From Dehalococcoidia bacterium (GTDB lineage Bacteria; Chloroflexota; Dehalococcoidia; UBA2979): 57,875 bases of DNA. The stretch spans positions 1-57,875 of the forward strand of contig JAQWLS010000113.1 of assembly GCA_029247135.1 (NCBI GenBank), given 5' to 3'. The notes under the pieces are model-generated. The model saw only the letters and a program-made list of their open reading frames with translations, did no database searches and was not told where the DNA came from. The translations under genes and the position numbers were made by a program. Numbering within the stretch: position 1 is the stretch's first letter; each line of letters starts with the position of its first letter. Shown here one piece after another: positions 18,051 to 27,986 of the stretch.

Positions 18051-19193
18051 GTGGTCGAAGTCTTATCGCAAACATCTGATAGATCTGCAGAATTTGAGAC
18101 GCAAGATCTTTTGCTAAATGTTGGTCCGCAGCATCCATCTACCCACGGTGTATTTCGAATGGTGATGACGGTCGATGGAGAAGTTGTACGTGATGTGATT
18201 CCATATATCGGTTATTTGCATAGAGGAGCAGAGAAGCTTTGTGAGACTATGGATTTCCGACAAGGTATTGGTTTTATGGATCGAACCGAATATTTGGCTG
18301 CTTTTAATGCCGAGTTATCCTATGTTATGGCCGTAGAGGCTTTAGCTGATCTAGAAGTTCCAGAACGCGCACAATGGATCAGAATGATTTTATCCGAGCT
18401 TAACCGCTTGTCGAGCCACTTCATGTTTCTAGGTGCGTTTGGGGTAGATACCGGAGTATTCGGTACTCCTTTCATATATGCATGGCGAGAGCGAGAAGCT
18501 TTGATTGATCTTTTTGAAGAAGTCTCGGGTGACAGAATGATGTACGCGTACTTCCGACCAGGGGGAGTAGCCTGGGATGTGCCGGTTAATTTTGTAGATC
18601 GAGTGAAGGAAGTTTTAATATCGTCAGCGCAGGGAATTGATGATTTCGACTCGTTGTTATCAGAGAATGAAATTTTTCTCGCCAGAACACAAGGAGTTGG
18701 TTCGATATCTGCTGAGCGTGCAATTGCTCTTGGGATGAGTGGACCTTCACTGCGTGCGTCGGGTGTGGATATGGACATCAGAAGAGATGAACCATATCTC
18801 AAATACGATCAAGTTGAGTGGGATGTAATAACGGGTGAACACGGTGACGTATTCGATCGTTATTACTGCAGAGTTCTGGAAATGCGTGAGTCGATTAAGA
18901 TTATCTCCCAGTGTTTGGATCGCCTAGCACCAGGTCCGATACTGCCTGAAAAGATGCCGCGTATGCTTCGAACTCCTCCCGGCGAAGTATATCTTCGAAC
19001 CGAGGCTCCTCGGGGCGAGTACGGGGTTTATATGGTTAGTAAGGGCGGCAATCGACCCTATAGATGTAAAGTCAGATCCTCATGCCTTTCTAATCTTCAG
19101 GCTCTTCACGAACTTACCGTTGGTGAGTATGTAGCAGATGCAATCATTATTCTTGGATCAATCGACATCGTGCTTAGCGAGGTAGATAGATAA
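18051..19193 (+). CDS. nuoD: NADH-quinone oxidoreductase subunit D
   Basis: LNVGPQHPSTHGVFR and a C-terminal DIVLSEVDR. GTG start immediately after the nuoC stop. Confidence 0.95.
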   Translation: MVEVLSQTSDRSAEFETQDLLLNVGPQHPSTHGVFRMVMTVDGEVVRDVIPYIGYLHRGAEKLCETMDFRQGIGFMDRTEYLAAFNAELSYVMAVEALADLEVPERAQWIRMILSELNRLSSHFMFLGAFGVDTGVFGTPFIYAWREREALIDLFEEVSGDRMMYAYFRPGGVAWDVPVNFVDRVKEVLISSAQGIDDFDSLLSENEIFLARTQGVGSISAERAIALGMSGPSLRASGVDMDIRRDEPYLKYDQVEWDVITGEHGDVFDRYYCRVLEMRESIKIISQCLDRLAPGPILPEKMPRMLRTPPGEVYLRTEAPRGEYGVYMVSKGGNRPYRCKVRSSCLSNLQALHELTVGEYVADAIIILGSIDIVLSEVDR

Positions 19194-20329
19194 TGTCCGT
19201 CGAGCTTTTTGGTACCTCATTTAACCCGTGGGTAGATGCAGCAATTAGGCTTCAATTGGTTGTGGGGTTCATGACTGTGGTTGTGATGGGTCTTATATAC
19301 GCTGAGCGTAAGATCCTCGCACGATTCCATCAGCGCGTTGGCCCTCAAAAGACGGGGCCGAGAGGTCTATTACAGTCGGTGGCAGATGCAGTTAAGTTGG
19401 TTGGAAAGGAAGATTTACGACCAGCCGCGGCAGATCCTTGGACTTTTGAATTAGCTCCATATTTTGTTTTCATTCCGATATTTCTTGGATTTGTAATAGT
19501 GCCTTGGGTACAGGGATGGAACGTACGACTTCTTGAGTTAGGTATTCTGTATTTTGTTGCAATTTCCTCGATCAGCATAGTTGGCTGGGTAATGGCCGGT
19601 TGGGGCTCTGACAACAGATATGCGATTATTGGAGCTTTGCGTGCGGCAGCTCAGGGAATTTCTTATGAACTGCCGCTTGTCTTGGCTCTGCTATCAGCAG
19701 CAATGCTAGCCGGCTCCTTGCAATTAGATAAGATTGTTGAATTTCAAAGTGCAGTTCCTTTAATTGTCTGGCAACCGCTGGGTTTTTTCATCTTTTTTGT
19801 AGCAGCACTTGCTGAATTAAACAGGACTCCGTTTGATATTCCTGTTGGTGAGAGCGAGATTGTTGGCGGACCTTTTGTGGAGTATTCAGGTATTAGATGG
19901 TCGATGTTTTTCTTAGCTGAGTATGCGGGAATGCTGATCATGGCATTTGTTGGCTCATCGGTATTTTTGGGGGGCTATTCATGGCCTTTTGGTGAAGATT
20001 TCGGTCTTCCATTTCAAATGCTTTTGGCAGCAGGTAAGGGAGGATTATTTATCTTCCTTATTTTCTGGGTCAGGGCTTCGGTCCCCCGACTTAGGATTGA
20101 TCAGTTGATGGGATATTCCTGGAAAATACTCCTGCCATTTAGCTTTCTTCAGATATTAATAAATGGATTCGTACTTGTGTATGGGTTACCGCACATAATA
20201 TTACTTATCACTGGGGTATTATCGCTGGGTCTTTTGTTTTGGGTAACTGAGGGAATTGTTCAAAGACCTCTAGAGCCCAGAAGGCGTCGTGCTAGACCGA
20301 CGATAGTACAGGAAGCAGAGGTTTCATAG
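19193..20329 (+). CDS. nuoH: NADH-quinone oxidoreductase subunit H
   Basis: AERKILARFHQRVGPQKTGPRGLLQSVADAVKL. Polytopic membrane protein. TAATG overlap with nuoD. Confidence 0.95.
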   Translation: MSVELFGTSFNPWVDAAIRLQLVVGFMTVVVMGLIYAERKILARFHQRVGPQKTGPRGLLQSVADAVKLVGKEDLRPAAADPWTFELAPYFVFIPIFLGFVIVPWVQGWNVRLLELGILYFVAISSISIVGWVMAGWGSDNRYAIIGALRAAAQGISYELPLVLALLSAAMLAGSLQLDKIVEFQSAVPLIVWQPLGFFIFFVAALAELNRTPFDIPVGESEIVGGPFVEYSGIRWSMFFLAEYAGMLIMAFVGSSVFLGGYSWPFGEDFGLPFQMLLAAGKGGLFIFLIFWVRASVPRLRIDQLMGYSWKILLPFSFLQILINGFVLVYGLPHIILLITGVLSLGLLFWVTEGIVQRPLEPRRRRARPTIVQEAEVS

Positions 20330-20860
20330 ATGAGAGGTATCGCAAAGAGTATGGCTCGTACATTCGCAGTATTCCTGCGAAAGCCTGTGACCAGAGATTA
20401 TCCAAGCTATCACAAACCCATTCCAGAACGAGATCGAGCGTTCCCATTGCTTTTGTGGGACGAGGATATTCATGAACCATTTTGTACGGGATGTCATGCT
20501 TGTGAACGGGCTTGTCCTGTTGAGTGTATGACAGTTCTCATGAAAGATAATCCAAACCATAAGACTCTCGACGGCACATCCTCTCGCCGTAAGATAATTG
20601 ATAAATTTTGGATTGATTATGCGCGCTGTATGCGCTGCAATATCTGTGTGGAGGTCTGTAACTTTGATGCTATAGCGATGAATAACACTTGGGAAGGTCA
20701 TGAAACTTCAGTTTACGACCGACAAGATTTAGTGATGGATCTTCAACAACTACTTTCGCAGAGTCGGACTGGCAACATTAACGAGTGGGTGCCTGTACTT
20801 GGTCAAACAAATGAGACAATCTCCGAGGCTGATGCCGAAGATTCTGAAGTCAGTAATTAA
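20330..20860 (+). CDS. nuoI: NADH-quinone oxidoreductase subunit I (operon copy)
   Basis: CTGCHACERACP and CMRCNICVEVCN cluster motifs. The gene starts directly after the nuoH stop. Confidence 0.85.
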   Translation: MRGIAKSMARTFAVFLRKPVTRDYPSYHKPIPERDRAFPLLLWDEDIHEPFCTGCHACERACPVECMTVLMKDNPNHKTLDGTSSRRKIIDKFWIDYARCMRCNICVEVCNFDAIAMNNTWEGHETSVYDRQDLVMDLQQLLSQSRTGNINEWVPVLGQTNETISEADAEDSEVSN

Positions 20861-20878
20861 ATAATTGGGATTATCAAA

Positions 20879-21511
20879 ATGCTGAAACGAATTCCACTTC
20901 CCGCTCAATTCGACCGAATTATTATCGGTGGCGGAATTACAGTGGGTGCCATTGGCGTTCCGTTGGGCATTGTGCTTGTCACTTTGGTTGCGTTTGGAGT
21001 AATTAGTGCACCTGAAATGGTTTTCTTCGTAGCCGCAATTATTGTTATTCTTGGTGCATTAGGGTGTGTACTTCTACCCAATATAGTGCATGCTGCTTTG
21101 TCTCTTACTGCGACACTTATTGGAGTAGCCGCGCTTTACCTTCTTCTAATGTCTGAATTCTTGGCGCTTGTTCAGGTTCTTGTTTATGGTGGGGGCGTTG
21201 TTTTATTATTGCTTTTTGGGTTGATGATGACCAACGCTCAAGACGATCCTGTAGTGACTGACGGATCGCAAAAACCATTCGCATTTCTGCTGGTATCGCT
21301 ACTCATCGGCACGTTTATAACGTTGTTGTTGTCAGGTGATTGGGGTAATCCAACAGCACATGTCGTGCCGTTCGAGTTATTTGGCGAACGTCTATTCAGA
21401 GAGTTTGCCCTACCAATTATCATCGTGGCTGTGTTGCTTGATGTAGCAATCACAGGTGCGTTGGTCAATGTGCACACCGCGAGCAACGATTTGCCTGAGG
21501 AGTCTGAATAA
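20879..21511 (+). CDS. nuoJ: NADH-quinone oxidoreductase subunit J
   Basis: Operon position plus the hydrophobic profile with FLALVQVLVYGGGVVLLLLF. Confidence 0.8.
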   Translation: MLKRIPLPAQFDRIIIGGGITVGAIGVPLGIVLVTLVAFGVISAPEMVFFVAAIIVILGALGCVLLPNIVHAALSLTATLIGVAALYLLLMSEFLALVQVLVYGGGVVLLLLFGLMMTNAQDDPVVTDGSQKPFAFLLVSLLIGTFITLLLSGDWGNPTAHVVPFELFGERLFREFALPIIIVAVLLDVAITGALVNVHTASNDLPEESE

Positions 21512-21819
21512 TGATTCCTATTGAGTATTTTTTAACACTTGGGGCAATTCTTTTCGGTTTAGGCTTATTTGGAGTATTGTCTCGACGGAGTGCAATTTTG
21601 ATACTGATGGCCGTTGAATTGATGTTGGCAGGAGTGTCGATAAATTTCATTGCGTTTGCGTCTTATTTAGATACGGACGCGTTTAGCGGGTTGATTTTCG
21701 CACTTTTCGTGATTACGGTGGCCGCGGCTGAAGTTGGTTTGGCCTTAGGAATTGTTCTTCGTTTATTCAGAGAGAGACGAACGTCTAATGTGGATGAAGC
21801 AAGTGATATGCGCTGGTAG
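21511..21819 (+). CDS. nuoK: NADH-quinone oxidoreductase subunit K
   Basis: LFGLGLFGVLSRRSAILILMAVELMLAGVSINF. TAATG overlap with nuoJ. Confidence 0.9.
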   Translation: MIPIEYFLTLGAILFGLGLFGVLSRRSAILILMAVELMLAGVSINFIAFASYLDTDAFSGLIFALFVITVAAAEVGLALGIVLRLFRERRTSNVDEASDMRW

Positions 21820-21878
21820 AGAATAAAAAATGGTATTCGATTTCGAATGAGATCGAACGATAATATGAGGAGGAAATT

Positions 21879-23813
21879 GTGCCGGATATTTCTGTCACAA
21901 TAGGAATGCAGCAAGCGTGGCTTCTGCCGGCAATGCCAGTAGTAGCATTCTTGATTATTTCCTTCTTTAGAAAGCTATTACCCCGAGAGGGAGACTTTTT
22001 GGCTATTATCGGCATGCTGGGTATATTACTGGTCACGCTGTTTATTATTGTTGATTTCCAAGGATTTTTTCACGATGGTGAATTCCATCCGGGTGAAGCA
22101 AACGTCTATGCCTTTGATTGGGTACGAATCTCAGCCGACAACTTTTTATTCTTAATTGAATTTTCAACATATATAGATGCAATCTCTATCGTTATGTTGA
22201 TTGCAATATCGATTGTAGGTTTGATGGTTGCGATTTATTCGACGGGTTACATGCAGGGTGAGGATAGGTACGGTTGGTACTTCGCCGTGCTGAGTCTATT
22301 CGTTGCGGCAATGCTCCTGTTGGTGACATCGGGCTCGCTCGTCTGGATGTACCTTGCTTGGGAAGGTGTCGGCTTAGCGTCTTATTTACTCATTGGACAT
22401 TATTGGGAGCGTCAATCAGCTGCAGAGGCTGCCAAGAAAGCATTCATAACAACGAGAGTTGGTGATGTAGGATTGCTGATCGGGATTATTTTATTGTGGA
22501 AAGCCACTGGCAGTTTTGACATACAAACTATTATTGCTGCAGCGACATCTGGACAGATAGGTGAGACTTATCTCACAGTAGCTATGCTGGCACTATTTGC
22601 TGGAGCAGTAGGTAAGAGTGCTCAATTCCCATTGCACGTGTGGTTGCCTGATGCGATGGAGGGACCAACTCCAGCGTCAGCACTTATTCACGCAGCGACG
22701 ATGGTGGTTGCTGGAGTTTATTTAATCGCGCGATTCTCACCAGTTTACGAAGTTGTGCTGGTTGCAAGAGATGTAATTCTGTACACCGGGTTATTAACTG
22801 CGTTTTTAGCCGCGAGCATGGGATTGGTTGCCTCTGATATTAAGCGTGTCTTGGCGTTTTCAACAATCTCGCAATTGGGCTTTATGTTTGTCGCACTAGG
22901 CGTTGGGGCAGTTGGGGCGGCAATGTTTCATGTCTTGACTCATGCTTTTTTCAAGGCACTTTTATTCTTGGGTTCGGGCTCGGTTATTCACGCGACCGGA
23001 CGACAAGAGGTAGAATATTTAGGTGGGTTACGCCACAAGCAACCGATTACGGCTGCAACGTTTATCATCGGCTCACTTGCTTTGGCAGGGATTCCAATAT
23101 TCGCTGGTTTTTGGTCGAAGGATGAAATACTCCACGCGGTTTCTAGTTACGCAAGTCCTTTTGTTTATATTGTGTTAGCTGGAACGGCCTTGCTCACGGC
23201 TATTTATACGACACGACTTGTTCTCCTCACTTTTTTTGGAGATCCTCGCGACAGGTCTGCCTTCGATCACGCGCATGAGAGCCCAAGTTCAATGACCTTG
23301 CCTTTATTGTTGCTGGGATTATTAGCAACTGTGTCTGGTTTCTTTGTGTTCGATGCTGTGGGAAACCTATTTGGTTTCAGCGGTGGTATTGGCTATCTTG
23401 TGTATCTACATCACCCCCATAGTTTTCATATCGATTGGGCATTTGCAAGCGTTGCCACTGTTTCGTCCTTGACTGGAGTCATCATCGGTTGGGTCTACTG
23501 GCATGGTGGTGCTGAACGGGCTATTAAAGCTCGGACATGGTCTCCAGATCTACACGCCCTGCTTGTCAATAGATACTATCTGGATGAACTCTACCAAGGG
23601 ATTATTAATAGGGTTGTTTTGGGTTTAGCAGGGATTGTGGCCTGGTTCGATAAAAAAATTGTTAATGAGACTGGTGTCGACGGTGGAGCCCAATTCATTG
23701 GGTATTTCGGATATCGCTTGAAATTTCTGCAGACGGGAAAAATCCCAAATTATGCTCTGGGTATCGCTGCTGGGATATTAGTACTAAGCGTGATGGTATT
23801 GGCTCGTGCATAG
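21879..23813 (+). CDS. nuoL: NADH-quinone oxidoreductase subunit L
   Basis: WLPDAMEGPTPASALIHAATMVVAGVY antiporter-like motif. 644 aa. Confidence 0.95.
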   Translation: MPDISVTIGMQQAWLLPAMPVVAFLIISFFRKLLPREGDFLAIIGMLGILLVTLFIIVDFQGFFHDGEFHPGEANVYAFDWVRISADNFLFLIEFSTYIDAISIVMLIAISIVGLMVAIYSTGYMQGEDRYGWYFAVLSLFVAAMLLLVTSGSLVWMYLAWEGVGLASYLLIGHYWERQSAAEAAKKAFITTRVGDVGLLIGIILLWKATGSFDIQTIIAAATSGQIGETYLTVAMLALFAGAVGKSAQFPLHVWLPDAMEGPTPASALIHAATMVVAGVYLIARFSPVYEVVLVARDVILYTGLLTAFLAASMGLVASDIKRVLAFSTISQLGFMFVALGVGAVGAAMFHVLTHAFFKALLFLGSGSVIHATGRQEVEYLGGLRHKQPITAATFIIGSLALAGIPIFAGFWSKDEILHAVSSYASPFVYIVLAGTALLTAIYTTRLVLLTFFGDPRDRSAFDHAHESPSSMTLPLLLLGLLATVSGFFVFDAVGNLFGFSGGIGYLVYLHHPHSFHIDWAFASVATVSSLTGVIIGWVYWHGGAERAIKARTWSPDLHALLVNRYYLDELYQGIINRVVLGLAGIVAWFDKKIVNETGVDGGAQFIGYFGYRLKFLQTGKIPNYALGIAAGILVLSVMVLARA

Positions 23814-23857
23814 CGTATTGAGTTGTTTAGGAAAAGAACGAAAGGAGTTTAGCTAAT

Positions 23858-25345
23858 ATGACAGAAAATGATGGATATTTTCTTATAGCTCTTATCGTAC
23901 TTCCTTTATTGAGTGCCGTTTGTTTGATGATTATTCCCTCCAAGGAGCGGACCCTTATTGTGGGATTAACTGCTATTTCTTCATTGGTGATGTTTTTCGT
24001 TTCGGTATACGTGTTTATGGCGTATTCCTTTGATGGCTCAACTTTCCAAGGAGTCAAGTCTTACCCCTGGGTTGAAAATATTGGTCTGCTTGGGGAAAAC
24101 GGAATTTCTCTAAAGGTTGGCATTGACGGTGTAACAGCATCATTAGTTTTATTGACGGGAATCGTAGTTTTGCCAGGTACTTGGGTATCTTGGAAAATAC
24201 AACATCGACTTAAAGATTTCTTTATTTTATTTTATATCTTGACTGCTGGCGTCTATGGCGTATTCGTTCTTCTGGATCTATTTTTCTGGTTTCTTGCATA
24301 TGAGACCGCGCTATTGCCGATGTACTTATTGATTGCGGTATGGGGCTCTACTCGAAAAGAGTATGGAGCTATGAAACTGATGATGATGTTGATGGCAGGA
24401 TCGATTCCTATTTTTGCCGCTATTTTTGCGCTTTTTGCAGAGGTCGGTCTTGGAACATTTGATATGGAAGTGCTACTCAGCGCTTCTAAGGATGAAGACT
24501 TTCAGAAAATATTCTTCCCATTAGTTGTTATTGGCTGCGGCACACTTGGGGCGATGTTCCCGTTCCATTCATGGTCACCAGATGGTCATGCTGCGGCGCC
24601 AACCGCGGTTTCGATGGTGCATGCTGGGGTACTGATGAAAGTTGGTGCTTTTGGCATTGTTAGGCTAGGGGCACAGATGATGCCTGAGGGTGCACTTTTC
24701 TGGGGCCCAGCCCTCGTTGCCTTGGGTATAACAGCAGCCCTCTATGGAGCAATATCAGCACTTCGTCAAACCGATATGAAGATGCTTATGGGATTCTCTT
24801 CGGTTTCTCACATGGGATACGTGTTTGTTGGGTTGGGAACCATGAATGTGATAGGAATGACCGGAGCGGTATTGCAAATGACGGCACATGGGTTAATGAC
24901 AGCTCTATTCTTTTTGCTTATTGGAGCTATGTACGATCAGTCGCATAATCGCGATCTCCCGAACTTCAGTGGATTAGCGAAGCAGATGCCAATTTGGTCA
25001 GTATTTTTCGTGTTTGCGTCCCTCGCGTCTTTGGGCCTACCGGGTTTATCGGGCTTCATTGCTGAAGTTCACATATTCATCGGTGCGTTTAGGTCGTATC
25101 CGATTGTGGGTGGATTGGCGGTACTTACGGCGGCTATTACTACAACATATCTGATGAGAGCACTGGCACAGTCATTTTTTGGCGAGGCCAATCCGAAGTG
25201 GGATTCATTGAATGAGATGACGTGGATTGAACGTTCGGGTGCGGCTGTTTTAGTGGCTGCAATTTTACTGCTTGGCCTTTGGCCATCTCCGTGGATTGAT
25301 CGAATTGCACCGTCACTTAGCCAAATCCCTGGCTTAATGATGTAA
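23858..25345 (+). CDS. nuoM: NADH-quinone oxidoreductase subunit M
   Basis: FHSWSPDGHAAAPTAVSMVHAGVLMKVGAFG. 495 aa. Confidence 0.95.
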   Translation: MTENDGYFLIALIVLPLLSAVCLMIIPSKERTLIVGLTAISSLVMFFVSVYVFMAYSFDGSTFQGVKSYPWVENIGLLGENGISLKVGIDGVTASLVLLTGIVVLPGTWVSWKIQHRLKDFFILFYILTAGVYGVFVLLDLFFWFLAYETALLPMYLLIAVWGSTRKEYGAMKLMMMLMAGSIPIFAAIFALFAEVGLGTFDMEVLLSASKDEDFQKIFFPLVVIGCGTLGAMFPFHSWSPDGHAAAPTAVSMVHAGVLMKVGAFGIVRLGAQMMPEGALFWGPALVALGITAALYGAISALRQTDMKMLMGFSSVSHMGYVFVGLGTMNVIGMTGAVLQMTAHGLMTALFFLLIGAMYDQSHNRDLPNFSGLAKQMPIWSVFFVFASLASLGLPGLSGFIAEVHIFIGAFRSYPIVGGLAVLTAAITTTYLMRALAQSFFGEANPKWDSLNEMTWIERSGAAVLVAAILLLGLWPSPWIDRIAPSLSQIPGLMM

Positions 25346-25361
25346 GGGGGGAAGTAAGACT

Positions 25362-26834
25362 GTGACAGATATTTTTGGTCAGACACTTAATCTAAATTAT
25401 GGTCTTCTGTTACCTGAGATTGTTTTATTACTCTCTTCGATGCTTGTTATCGGAGTTGACGCTTTCAAGCGCCAGTTGAAGGTGTCCGGTAACGTGCCCG
25501 TAGGTCTTGCTTTGTCGGGCTTGTTGGTTGCCTTGGCTTTATCGATTCTTCAAGTCAATGTCGATGAGGATTTTGCTAGGCTTGTTCAAATTGACTCCTT
25601 CACGAGCTTTTTCAGAATCTTATTTATAGCTATCACGCTTGTGATAATTGTTGGCTCACATGAGTACATAGAAAAATCTGTGTCGCATGTGGGCGAGTTT
25701 TATGGGTTACTTTTATTGGCAACGGTTGGCGCGATGTTAATGGCGTCGGCCCGAGAACTATTAACGGCTTATTTAGCAATCGAGTTACTCTCTTTTTCTC
25801 TGTACATAGCAGTATCACTTGCTCGATCCGATCAACGCTCAGGTGAGGCTTCTCTTAAATATGTGCTGCTTGGAGGAGTAGCATCTGCTTCATTGTTATA
25901 TGGACTCAGTATGATTTATGGAGTTACAGGCGCAACACAATATCATGAGATAAGTGCAGTTCTAAGTGCTGGCGATACTGGTCTAACTACACCACTTCTA
26001 CTGGGTTTGGTTCTGATTATAGTTGGGCTAGGATTTAAGGCGTCTGCTGTGCCATTTCATATGTGGACACCGGACGCGTATGAAGGTGCACCAATACCGG
26101 TGACTGCGTTCCTATCGGCGACTTCCAAGGCAGCTACGATTGCTTTGTTACTTCGTTGGTTTGGAGGACCGCTCTTACCGATTGCGTCTGATTGGCAATT
26201 TATACTGAGTGGCCTCGCAGTGGCGACAATGGTTGTTGGAAATCTGGTTGCGTTGCAGCAGGTGAATATCAAGCGATTACTTGCCTACTCATCGATTGGC
26301 CAAATGGGCTATATGTTAATGGCAATTGTCGCAGTAGGTAGTGGTTATGCTAGCGATGCTACGTCGGCAGTCCTAGTTCATTTGGCCGGTTATATAATCA
26401 CTAATCTTCTGGTATTCATCTCAGTTACCCACTTTTTCAACCAGACAGGTCAAGAAGAAATCAATAGTTTCAAAGGACTTGCACAATCTAACCCTTATCT
26501 TGCGCTCATGATTACGGCCGGTTTATTCTCGCTTGCTGGGATGCCACTTCTGGTTGGTTTTTTCACAAAGTTTATTTTGTTTCAGGCGGTTGTTTCGGCT
26601 GGCCACTTAGGATTAGTAACGATCGCAGTTGTGGCTTCTACAGTTTCTCTCTACTACTACCTCATGGTTATCCGTCAAATGTATTTATATGAACCGGAGG
26701 ATGGTACTGAGCAGTGGAAACTATCTCTAACTGGGTATTTGACTACTCTGACTTTGTTTGTTTCCTTGGTAGTATTTGGCTTGTGGGGCACGCCGCTGTA
26801 TGCCGCTGCTGATGCCGCTGCGAGTATGTTTTAG
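25362..26834 (+). CDS. nuoN: NADH-quinone oxidoreductase subunit N
   Basis: KASAVPFHMWTPDAYEGAPIPVTAFLS. GTG start. Confidence 0.9.
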   Translation: MTDIFGQTLNLNYGLLLPEIVLLLSSMLVIGVDAFKRQLKVSGNVPVGLALSGLLVALALSILQVNVDEDFARLVQIDSFTSFFRILFIAITLVIIVGSHEYIEKSVSHVGEFYGLLLLATVGAMLMASARELLTAYLAIELLSFSLYIAVSLARSDQRSGEASLKYVLLGGVASASLLYGLSMIYGVTGATQYHEISAVLSAGDTGLTTPLLLGLVLIIVGLGFKASAVPFHMWTPDAYEGAPIPVTAFLSATSKAATIALLLRWFGGPLLPIASDWQFILSGLAVATMVVGNLVALQQVNIKRLLAYSSIGQMGYMLMAIVAVGSGYASDATSAVLVHLAGYIITNLLVFISVTHFFNQTGQEEINSFKGLAQSNPYLALMITAGLFSLAGMPLLVGFFTKFILFQAVVSAGHLGLVTIAVVASTVSLYYYLMVIRQMYLYEPEDGTEQWKLSLTGYLTTLTLFVSLVVFGLWGTPLYAAADAAASMF

Positions 26835-26851
26835 CTCTCTATTTTTTTCGT

Positions 26852-27979
26852 TTGTTAGCTAGTTTACTGGCTACGGCAGGTAATGTTTTATATGTGATGA
26901 AGGGCGCACAAATGTCGACTAATGAATGGCCTGATTCAAAATGGGAACCGGAAGAAATTATTGAGGGACTGTGGAGACTTCGGACTCCAATGACCTCCGA
27001 GGCACTTCCTTGGGTTTTTGCTTATTTGTTTAAAACTTCCGACGGATTAGCTCTATTTGATAGTGGTCATGGGACAACAAAGGCTCAGACAGCCCTAAAG
27101 GCTCAGGTCGAGGGACTTGGATTCATGATGGGAGATATACATAGCCTCATGATTTCTCATGCTCATCCTGATCATTTAGGAATGGCTGGATGGATCAAGG
27201 AATTGGCACCTGACTGCAGGATAATGATGATTGATGTCGAAGCTGATTGGTATTCTGATAATGGTCGAGGTAGTCAAAATTGGGTTCAGCAAAATAATTT
27301 ATGGATGATACGACACGGAGTATCGGAAAGTGAAATTCTTGCTGAAGGCAAAACCTTCAACAAGGAAAATGATGTAGGTGATTCTGGTGATAGAGACAGA
27401 TCATGGTTCAGTAGCAAGATCAATCCTGATGTACTCCTTCAAGACACTGATTTAATCGAAATCGGAAATTGGTCGCTTCAGGCCCTGTGGACACCTGGTC
27501 ATACGCCGGGCCATCTCTGTGTTTATATTCCAAATCATGATCTTCTTCTCACTGGTGACCATGTACTCGGTCGGATTACGCCAAACGTATCTATGTCGCC
27601 TGATGATGAACACAGTGGTCGAGATCCATTGACTGAATTTTTAGAGTCTTTGGAGAAGATTGGGCAATATAAAACTAGTGTTGGTTTGCCAGCGCATGAA
27701 AAGCTTATTCCTGAATTATCAGCCAGGTGTTCGGAACTGATTGTGCATCACGCAAACAGGTGCGCCGAGGTGATGGCCGGTATAGGCGAGTCGAGGCAGG
27801 CATCTGCCAGCGATATCTCATCGAGAGTGACTTGGAATAAGCCGTTTGCAGGATTCTCTATTTTTAAGAAGCGAATGGCTTTGGGTGAAACTCTCGCTCA
27901 TCTTCACTATCTAGAGGGGCGAGGCGAAGTGGAAAGTCATGCTGATCAGGCAACTGCTATTACCTGGTCATTGACTTAA
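26852..27979 (+). CDS. MBL-fold metallohydrolase with a C-terminal extension
   Basis: ISHAHPDHLG (HxHxDH) and WTPGHTPGH. It lies 17 nt after the nuoN stop. The start is uncertain (TTG 26852 or downstream ATGs). Confidence 0.75.
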   Translation: MLASLLATAGNVLYVMKGAQMSTNEWPDSKWEPEEIIEGLWRLRTPMTSEALPWVFAYLFKTSDGLALFDSGHGTTKAQTALKAQVEGLGFMMGDIHSLMISHAHPDHLGMAGWIKELAPDCRIMMIDVEADWYSDNGRGSQNWVQQNNLWMIRHGVSESEILAEGKTFNKENDVGDSGDRDRSWFSSKINPDVLLQDTDLIEIGNWSLQALWTPGHTPGHLCVYIPNHDLLLTGDHVLGRITPNVSMSPDDEHSGRDPLTEFLESLEKIGQYKTSVGLPAHEKLIPELSARCSELIVHHANRCAEVMAGIGESRQASASDISSRVTWNKPFAGFSIFKKRMALGETLAHLHYLEGRGEVESHADQATAITWSLT

Positions 27980-27986
27980 CAGAAAC

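Noticed and set aside
18320-18802. 160-aa ORF antisense to nuoD
   Set aside because: It is a shadow ORF within a canonical nuoD gene.
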